Assembly (NCBI GenBank): GCA_964016885.1
Contig: OZ024743.1
Location: forward strand, 227,540,001-227,604,000
Direction of reading: 5' to 3'
DNA length: 64,000 nucleotides
From: Eledone cirrhosa
Taxonomy: Eukaryota
The notes under the pieces are model-generated. The model was not told where the DNA came from and did not search any database. It saw only the letters and a program-made list of their open reading frames with translations. The position numbers and the translations under genes are program-made. Below, in pieces: positions 54,051 through 64,000 of this stretch (position 1 is its first letter; every line of letters begins with the position of its first letter).

Positions 54051-55679
54051 CTAATGTATTGGTACGCGATGGGGCCCACCCACAGCCCCGGCGGACAGAA
54101 TGGAGAAGGCGTTTCCCCGGAGGACGACAAGGGAGACGCGCTGGAAAAGCCACTCCAACTCGCGGAGCTCACACCTGCGGCTGGCCAGCTCAGCGCCTAT
54201 GGTGGTGAGTAAGGGGGTAGTCCTGGGGCCGAAAACACCAGAATTCTCCACTTCCAGGGGAACGACCGCAAACCTGTCGGAGAGCGACCGGTATTTGAGG
54301 AGTTTGGTCCCCCCAGCCCGACGTGCAGCAGAACCTGGGTCAGTCGCATTCTGCACCAGGTTGCGTCTGCAGAAAGTGTCGGTGCAAGTGGCATCCCAGA
54401 CGAGGGGTTTGCCACCACGGAACGGGAAGATGGTCATGCCATCTGGCCGTTTGCCGTCCCATCGATCCAACCCCGCCGGCTCGAGCTGGGAAGGGAAGCC
54501 TGCAGCGTCCAAGCCATTTTTAATGACCTCGTTGATGGCAGTATGGCGTGGAATGCGGCCGGCACTGTTGCGACAGGAAAGAGGGTGGAGGCCTAAAGAG
54601 TCCACGGTGGAACCCCAGCGACATTGGTGTGGCTGGTAGATCCGGAGGTCGAGCCTCAGGGAAACGCCGATTCGCAGGCCATGGTTGTCTAGCTGCGTAC
54701 CAGTGGAGAAGGAAGGCAGAGCATGGAGCCAGGCACCACTGTGTGGTTTGGAGGCCGCACGAAAACAAGCAAGGTGGTGCTGGTCGAGCTGGCGCGTGAG
54801 CCTGTCTGAGGCCAGGCTGCACTGGATGGCATCCCAAGAGCGTTGGGGGGACTTGACGTCAACAGGGGGAGAAGGAGGAGGGACGTCTACTGGGCTAAGT
54901 CCCAGCCGGTCCCACGTCTCACAGGCGGCTTCACGTTCTCTGAACACAGAGGGTTCTATTGTGTTTTGAAGAACGCTGCTGACGAGGACGCGGCACGAGG
55001 TTACAGACGAAAGATACGCCGGCAAAGCTAGTGAGATCGGGGACCGGAGGCCTAGGCCGCCATACCTGACCGGTAAAGCGGCCTGTTGCCACCCTATGTC
55101 GTCAAACTTGACGTTTCATATCCCCCCGGCTGCTGCTCGGATACAAGTATCGAGGTCAGCGAGGAGAGATGTCTGGGTGTAGCATGGAGCGCTGCGGAGT
55201 GTATAGAGGAGCTTCAGCATGGCGAAGCAGTTCCTCAGGAGAAAGAGAGCTAGGTGGCCGTCAATCAAGCCCAGTCGGCTCGTGAGAGTCTGGAGCTGTT
55301 GAAGCCTGGACCTGATGGTGGAGCGGATGGCCGGCGGGTTGATCGGTGACCCGAGGAGGAGGACATCCTCTTTAGAGGCTACCTGAACCTGGCGAAGAAT
55401 GGACTGCACGTTCAAGACGGAGGCTGCAAAGCTCGCAGCATCGAGGCTGACGTTCACCACCTCTGACTTGGCCGAATGGACCTGGAGGCCGATTCCCGCC
55501 AGGGCAGGAATCACCGATTGAAGGTCTTTGCAGACCGTCCGTACAGGCCCGATCAACGTAGCATCAACCAGATACCAAACGTTGAGAGGGGCCGTGATAC
55601 TCCGGGCGATGTGGTCAATACCAAGGGCGAACAAGAGGGGTCCCAAAGAGTCGCCCTGTTGGACCCCAGTAGCCGAGGG
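54051..55679 (-). mobile_element. 5'-truncated CRE-like non-LTR retrotransposon (RT plus restriction-like endonuclease)
   Basis: GVQQGDSLGPLLF, WYLVDAT, CRWG…H…C, RHTAIN, KRPDG and VWDATC motifs; GC-rich; frameshifted near 55116. Confidence 0.8.
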
Positions 55680-55988
55680 TATGACTGTTATATTACGTTT
55701 TCTTCTATCGAATGTTTTTCTTTTATTTATGTTCTTTGTATTTGCCTGAAGTGATTTTCGCTAATTTCTGTTGTTCTTTCATCTTTGCAATTTTGTTAGT
55801 TATTGTTGGCATTTTGCGAGATGAGGTTGATTTAAGTGAGGTTAAAAGAGAATTGAAGGGCGGGAAACGGTCTCTCTATCTCTCTCACTCTCTCTCTCTC
55901 TCGTCACTGTGTATATATATATATATATATATATACATACATATATACATACATATATACATATATATATACATACATATATACATAC

Positions 55989-56057
<69 letters not shown>

Positions 56058-56101
56058 AATATATGTATGTATATATATATGTATATATGTATGTATATAT
56101 G

Positions 56102-56139
<38 letters not shown>

Positions 56140-56168
56140 GTGACGAGAGAGAGAGAGTGAGAGAGATA

Positions 56169-56261
56169 CCTGCATTGAACCAGCTAGGTAATATGACATA
56201 ACTTATGTATTTGCTATCATTAGCGTACATCTGTACGCATATGTTAGTAGATATACTAAAT

Positions 56262-56342
<81 letters not shown>

Positions 56343-56432
56343 TAGTATATCTACTAACATATGCGTACAGATGTACGCTAATGATAGCAAATACATAAGT
56401 TATGTCATAGTACCTAGCTGGTTCAATGCAGG
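56169..56432. repeat. Inverted repeat around (CT)n(TA)n(GA)n, related to the H2 unit
   Basis: Arms are reverse-complementary; the sequence resembles 10741-10840 and 60160-60340. Confidence 0.75.
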
Positions 56433-56481
56433 AGGATACAGAAAAATAATATGAAAGACGTAACGCCTTTATATATTTATA

Positions 56482-56650
<169 letters not shown>

Positions 56651-56677
56651 GTATAAATATATATATGTATAAATATA

Positions 56678-56745
<68 letters not shown>

Positions 56746-56754
56746 CATACATAC

Positions 56755-56785
<31 letters not shown>

Positions 56786-56811
56786 AATATATATGTATAT
56801 ATATATGTATG

Positions 56812-56931
<120 letters not shown>

Positions 56932-56990
56932 AATATATATATATATAAATATATATGTATATGTATATATATGTATGTATGTATATATAT

Positions 56991-57024
<34 letters not shown>

Positions 57025-57029
57025 GTGTG

Positions 57030-57079
<50 letters not shown>

Positions 57080-57170
57080 CTCCCTAACCTACTTATTTTA
57101 TTCTCTCCCAGTCTTTTATCCCTATTTCTCTCTCACTGTTTCTCCATCCACCACACTCTCACCTCTCCAG

Positions 57171-57316
57171 GTTATTTTGGTAAGGAAAGGCGAGATGAAT
57201 TGTTTAAAAACTTCGAATCTTCAAATTTGACAACTGAAACCAAACATTGCATCAACTGTCTGCAATTTGGCATGTCTCAGACATTCCTTGCAGTGCATTC
57301 CAGGAACATAGATAAG
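57171..57316 (+). CDS. Candidate internal coding exon of an unidentified host gene
   Basis: Long polypyrimidine tract plus CAG acceptor; open frame YFGKERRDELFKNFESSNLTTETKHCINCLQFGMSQTFLAVHSRNIDK; AAG|GTAAAT donor. Confidence 0.35.
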
Positions 57317-57535
57317 GTAAATAAGAGAAGGGAGAGGAAACATTTTTTTTCTTGGCATTTTTTCGTCTTATTCTATTGTTGTTCTGTTTTTTCTTCCCCT
57401 ACGATGTAAAGCAAAGTAAATAAGTTCAGAAAATATTCGGTGTTCTATTATATTATATATTCATACATATATATATATGAATATATATATAGAATGTGTA
57501 TGAGTGTGTATGTGTATGTATGGAGTATGTATGGA

Positions 57536-57613
<78 letters not shown>

Positions 57614-57651
57614 TATATATATATATATATATATCATATATATATATAAAT

Positions 57652-57705
<54 letters not shown>

Positions 57706-57722
57706 ATTTATATATATATATA

Positions 57723-57786
<64 letters not shown>

Positions 57787-57950
57787 TTAAGGATACTATT
57801 TATGGTTATGTATGTAATAAAACCTTTAATGGTAATATATTATTTATACAAACCTTAAATAGTGAAAGATAGTCATTAATTACTATCCTATTACCAGTAA
57901 GATAAATAGCTCAATGTAATAACATCAGTTGTTTTACAGAGCAGTTATAT

Positions 57951-58684
57951 AGAGATTACAATAATCAAAGTTCAGTTTAAGTCATTTATTTGCTTACAAT
58001 TGTTTCCTCCAAACCGAGGTTTGGATTCTTCGGAGCAACTATTTACTGGTCTATAACATACTTGACCTCCTTTTCAACCCAAGAGACATATAAAACATAT
58101 GCACATATTGATCAACAGTGGGGTGACATTCATCAAATGATATAGCATGGCAATTTACATATACAGGTTACAGGATAAAAATAAAAATAAAAACAAAAAT
58201 GAAAATAAAGATAAACATGAAGCGTTGGCAGTCTATGAAGATAAAGCAAGAGGAAAGTTTAGAGTAGTCAGTGTATGAAACAATCTCACGTGTAGCATGC
58301 ACGCGTGTCTTATTTATACTGTATAAATAAGACACGCGTGCATGCTACACGTGAGATTGTTTCATACACTGACTACTCTAAACTTTCCTCTTGCTTTATC
58401 TTCATAGACTGCCAACGCTTCATGTTTATCTTTATTTTCATTTTTGTTTTTATTTTTATTTTTATCCTGTAACCTGTATATGTAAATTGCCATGCTATAT
58501 CATTTGATGAATGTCACCCCACTGTTGATCAATATGTGCATATGTTTTATATGTCTCTTGGGTTGAAAAGGAGGTCAAGTATGTTATAGACCAGTAAATA
58601 GTTGCTCCGAAGAATCCAAACCTCGGTTTGGAGGAAACAATTGTAAGCAAATAAATGACTTAAACTGAACTTTGATTATTGTAA

Positions 58685-58689
<5 letters not shown>
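57951..58689. repeat. Apparently perfect palindrome, 369-bp arms with 1-nt spacer at 58320
   Basis: Arms are reverse-complementary wherever compared by eye. Confidence 0.9.
58602..58650 (+). ncRNA. Type I hammerhead motif (family H3); mirror copy at 57990-58038 on minus strand
   Basis: TTGCT-CCGAAGA-A-TCCAAACC-TC-GGTTTGGA-G-GAAA-CAATTG-TA-AGCAA, followed by AATAAA; core has a U-to-C variant. Confidence 0.65.
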
Positions 58690-58719
<30 letters not shown>

Positions 58720-58721
58720 GA

Positions 58722-58833
<112 letters not shown>

Positions 58834-58837
58834 ACAT

Positions 58838-59023
58838 AGGAAATATTGTAAGGAACCAGATGGACCATAGCGCACCAGAGTACTCAATACTTAGAGTAGT
58901 AGAGTGGAAAATAGGAAAAAGTATGACCTCGACGGCAGAGCTCAAGCCGTTTCGACAGCTATTTCTGGACTCAGAAATAGCCGTCGGAACGGCCTGAGCT
59001 CTGCCGTCTGGGTCATACTTTTT

Positions 59024-59028
<5 letters not shown>
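58838..59028 (-). mobile_element. Palindromic repeat family, second copy
   Basis: Reverse-complement homolog of 12211-12395. Confidence 0.75.
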
Positions 59029-59107
<79 letters not shown>

Positions 59108-59110
59108 TAT

Positions 59111-59788
59111 ATACAAACATAAATTTTCGAGATTCGCACTTCGGCCCACGAAATAACGAAAAACAACCTCCGAGATGTGATGCAAGTGCTCAATGATTCA
59201 GATGAACCAGAGCTATAACAAACGTTAAAGGCCAAACACACTGAGACGATGGTTAAACAATCATTCGCATAGTAAATGATCAAGTAATTTGGGTATTGAA
59301 AATTTACCCGGATCCCTGGAAGGTTGGTAAAATCCTGTATTTGGGTTTCTGCGGCTCCTAAATCAAGTACCGTCCGCTTACATAAATAATGTCAGGTTTC
59401 TGGTAAGATGATTGAACAAGGAATCCACTTTCTCAACATGTTTTAGTTCAATGTTAATACAAGGACTGACTATTGCTGACTCCACGTGGGGATCGGCAAG
59501 GGAGGCAGCCCCTATATCAGGCGAATAAATTCAGTTGTATATATTTTTGCAAGAATGCAAAAACATCACAAATCTAATAGAGTTGTCAACAGAAGGGTTA
59601 AAATTAACATAAGCTATTCATCAGTCAATAGAATCAACTAAAAAATCAAGAAAATTAACTGGTCAATAGCTAGAGTCTGGAGATAAATACAAACATAAAT
59701 TATCGAGATTCGCATTTCGGCCCACGAAATAACGAAAAACAACCTCCGAGATGTGAGGCAAGTGCTCAATGATTCAGATGAACCAGAG

Positions 59789-59793
<5 letters not shown>
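59111..59793. repeat. ~105-bp terminal direct repeats (period ~577 bp), flanked by (TA)n
   Basis: 59111-59218 is similar to 59687-59793. Confidence 0.8.
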
Positions 59794-59883
<90 letters not shown>

Positions 59884-60080
59884 TATTTATATATATATGA
59901 TATTTATATATATATATACATATATATATGATATATATATATACATATATATATGATATATATATATTTATATATATATATGTCTGTGTGTGTGATATAT
60001 ATGTATATATGTATGTATGTATAATGTATATATATATATATATGATATGTATATATATATATGATATATATATATATATA

Positions 60081-60157
<77 letters not shown>

Positions 60158-60352
60158 TAATTTAATATATCTACTAACATAAGCGCACAGATGTACGCCA
60201 ATGCCAGCAAATACACAGGTTATGTCATAGTACCTAGCTGGTTCGATGCAGGAGAATGCAGAACAATAATATAAAAGACGTAAAATAAGAAAATTTTTTT
60301 AAAAAAATTAACTTACTTACTTAAATTTTCACTCCAACTTTCTTATTTTACG

Positions 60353-60398
<46 letters not shown>

Positions 60399-60449
60399 AT
60401 GTATGTATAATGTATATATATATATATATATGATGTTTATATATATATG

Positions 60450-60529
<80 letters not shown>

Positions 60530-60951
60530 GTATATATATATATCCAGGGGGTGTAACTTGGAGTTACTGCAGGTTCACCCGAGAGAGCACTCGATGTTTA
60601 GGTTCACTTCTGTGATGAGGTGTAGAGCTATAGAGAGTGTAATATATTGAAAGGATAACAAGGACGATTGGTTACTCCTACATACACTACAGGCCAAAGC
60701 CAATCCACCACCACCACACCACAGCCCATCCCAGCCAGCGACCGTCACCAACATCTCACCATCACATCCAACCCGAGATACACTACAGGAAATTTAATTC
60801 CTTTCATGCTTCCCACCAATCAAAACAACTCATGAACTCTTGAACTTCTGTCTTTACCACATAGCATGTATTTCATTTTCTTCTAGCATTTTAAGAGGCT
60901 CCGTCGAGCTGCCGATCATTGAGTCGGGTAGGGTCGATACAGATAGAACCT

Positions 60952-61051
60952 TGAGCTGATCAGTGGCGAAACGCGCGTCACCTACCAATAAATGTAATGA
61001 AGGAGTAACCAATCACGATATATATATACGCTATCTATATATAAATATATA

Positions 61052-61100
<49 letters not shown>

Positions 61101-61127
61101 ATAAACTTTAATCTGTTATTTTAATAA

Positions 61128-61222
<95 letters not shown>

Positions 61223-61359
61223 TATATATATATATATATATTTATTAAAATAACAGATTAAAGTTTATTACTATATATAAAAATATATATATATATATAT
61301 GTACATATATATTTATATATAGATAGCATATTTATATATCGTGTATATATGAATATATA

Positions 61360-61423
<64 letters not shown>

Positions 61424-61500
61424 AGGATAACAAGGACGATTGGTTACTCCTTCATTACATTTATTGGTAGGTGACGCGCGTTTCGCCACTGATCAGCTCA
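60952..61500. repeat. Inverted repeat with minimal hammerhead-like motif CTGATCAGTGGCGAAACGCGCGTC
   Basis: 60952-61015 mirrors 61437-61500; additional inner inverted arms surround (TA)n. Confidence 0.65.
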
Positions 61501-61501
61501 T

Positions 61502-61586
<85 letters not shown>

Positions 61587-61946
61587 AGAATAGAAATGGC
61601 TGTGTAGTTGCTATATAAGGTAACTTAAAATGCAGTGGGAATACGAAGAAAGCAAGAACAGGGGAGGGTGGCGGGTTCCTCATCAGTTGTCTACTGGGGT
61701 TGTAGGTTATTTCTACGCTTTAAAGATAAGATACCACTTCACCTCAGGGCGTCAATAACTGGATAAGTTATTGGGAAAACGAAGGAAGGAGGGAAGGAAA
61801 GCAAAGGGGAAGAAAAGAGAAACAAAAACAAAACAGCGAAAAAACACACAAACCGAGCAATGTGAGAGCAACTATAGGTAGGAAATCCAAGACCACTCGA
61901 TAACGATATTTTGTTATCCCTTATATATATATATACACATATATAT

Positions 61947-62045
<99 letters not shown>

Positions 62046-62612
62046 ATTTTAATTTTAATTTTAATTAATTAGTGAAATGATTTATCATTAAATTATACTT
62101 TGTTCATAGGATTTGGTAAGATCAAAATATGTCCGGAATTGTCACTGTACTGCCAAACATCAGACTCATTACTTAGAACAATCTATAATTTTCAATCCGA
62201 AGATTTCTGGCCTCACTTTTTTGGCATATTTCGATATGTCTCATATGAAATAATACACCCAATTTTCCACACAATACATTTAGTTAGCACCCCGAACGCT
62301 TAATTGGGAATATACTCACTTATTTCGTAATGTTTGTTGAGTGAGTTGGAATTTGGCCGGAGTATCGCTAAAAGCTTTCTCCGATAATGTATTGATATAT
62401 ATATATATATATATAAGGGATAACAAAATATCGTTATAGGTAATCCAGTTAGAGGTTGTGAATACTTGGTATTGTGGAAAGTTTTAGCGTACAGTGGCAC
62501 AGCTTCAAATATTCAGCAATTTTTAGACAACTTAATCAGTGAAACAATTGTTAAGACTGTAAATATAACCCCCTTCTTTTGTACTGTTGACCATGTTATT
62601 CTTCACTCTTTC

Positions 62613-62709
<97 letters not shown>

Positions 62710-62737
62710 TTATATATATCTTGGGGTCTTACTGGTT

Positions 62738-62790
<53 letters not shown>

Positions 62791-63159
62791 CTTTTCTTCG
62801 CCCCGGTGTCATTCTTTATCTGCAAGTTGACTACTGTCCTTTTTATTTTCTCCTGTTTTATTATTTTTACTCCTTTCTATATTTTTTCTCCTTTGTCTAA
62901 TCCTTTGCGCAGCGTTCATTCCGTTCTTTGTCAGGTGACGCACTTGAAATGCTTTTTTTCTATATTTACGTAATTTTCCTATAGGCATAACTTGTCTCTA
63001 ACTGTTTTCTTCTGTCCCGATGTGCACTGGAATGACTGGTATCAATTTTTAAAAATCCGAAACTAGTTATTTCCAGAGTTTCGCTTAGGAGATGGGATTG
63101 TCCGTCTTTCCGTTGTTTTTCCATTGTATTTGTCTTATACGCACCCTATGGGACAGTAT

Positions 63160-63568
63160 TGGCAGCGTCGTACGACATGCTTTTTGGTATAGAGTTGTGG
63201 ACTTTTACGTTCTGAGTTCAAATCTCGACGAGATTTGTTTTTCATCCTTAGAGAGTCGATAAAACGAAGTACCAATAACACACATGATGTTCATTTAATC
63301 AACTTTCCCCTCCCCTAAAATCATTAGCATTGTTCCTAAATCAGAAGACATTATTATTAGGGCATTGATTTAGCAGTTCCGGTAGGATGTCGGGCAACAT
63401 GCTTTGTATTATATGTTCTGATTTCAAATCCCGCCGAGGTTAGCTTTACCTTTCATCATTACGGTGTCAGTAAAATAAAGTAGCAGTGACTCACTGTGGT
63501 CGATTTATTCGACTAGCCTCTTATCTCCAAATTTCTGGCCTTGTGTCAAAATTAGAAACAATTATATT
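63160..63568 (+). mobile_element. Two tandem diverged SINE copies
   Basis: GAGTTCAAATCTCGACGAG…TTTCATCCTT and TTCAAATCCCGCCGAGGTTAGCTTTACCTTTCATC…GGCCTTGTGTC. Confidence 0.7.
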
Positions 63569-64000
63569 GATGTCAATCTTATATCATAGTTGACATTCGA
63601 TAATGCTATTGTGAGAAAATTGTCAACCACATTCTTTAGGGGAGCCAAATAACAGTATTAATTATTGAGTGATTAAGGTTATCAACAAGGAATTTAGGAT
63701 TAATATAGCAATACGACTGACTCGGTGTAACAATTGTCTATTTACATTGTTATATCGTAATGAAGAATCAACAGATAATCTTTTTTTTATGACAAGGGAT
63801 TAAAAATGATGACAATAGATTAATGAAAGGATATATACTTTAATGGAGTATAACGCTTGTTGTTTTGTATTTCATTCTTCTTTTCTTCTTCTGTTCTTCT
63901 TTCTTCCTTCATCGTCATTCTCTTTCTTTTTCGTTTTCTTATTTCTTCGTCTTTATTTTTCCTTGCCAGTTTGTGTTTCATTAAAAAAAAATCATTTATT

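Overview
Gene-poor, AT-rich, microsatellite-dense animal genomic DNA. The abundant tRNA-derived SINE (…GAGTTCAAATCCCGCCGAGGTTAACTTTGCCTTTCATCCTTACGGGGTCGAT…) resembles the common Octopus SINE, so a cephalopod origin is inferred. Nearly all short ORFs in the supplied track are translated microsatellites. (1) The dominant feature is a head-to-tail array at 12.5-31.3 kb (minus strand) of three full-length and one 5'-truncated L1/Tx1-clade LINEs from three subfamilies. Each has a zinc-knuckle ORF1 and an APE-RT-CCHC ORF2. All sit in (GATA)n/(TATC)n microsatellite, and a second pair of truncated copies lies in another (TATC)n tract at 46.4-48.3 kb (plus strand). This points to a GATA-repeat-specific Tx1 lineage. 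These LINEs carry a covarying 5'-UTR hairpin, a conserved GTRRGT splice donor just upstream of ORF2, and an acceptor-like (Y)nCTGTAG|G at the ORF2 stop, so ORF2 looks like an intron. They end in AATAAAGAAA without a poly(A) tail. (2) Many non-coding direct and inverted repeats between (TA)n tracts contain type I hammerhead ribozyme motifs (Penelope pLTR or retrozyme-like). Examples are a tandem pair 491 nt apart and an apparently perfect 739-bp palindrome. (3) Also present are RTE, CR1 and CRE-like LINE fragments, MITE- and Helentron-like relics, and one candidate orphan host exon.
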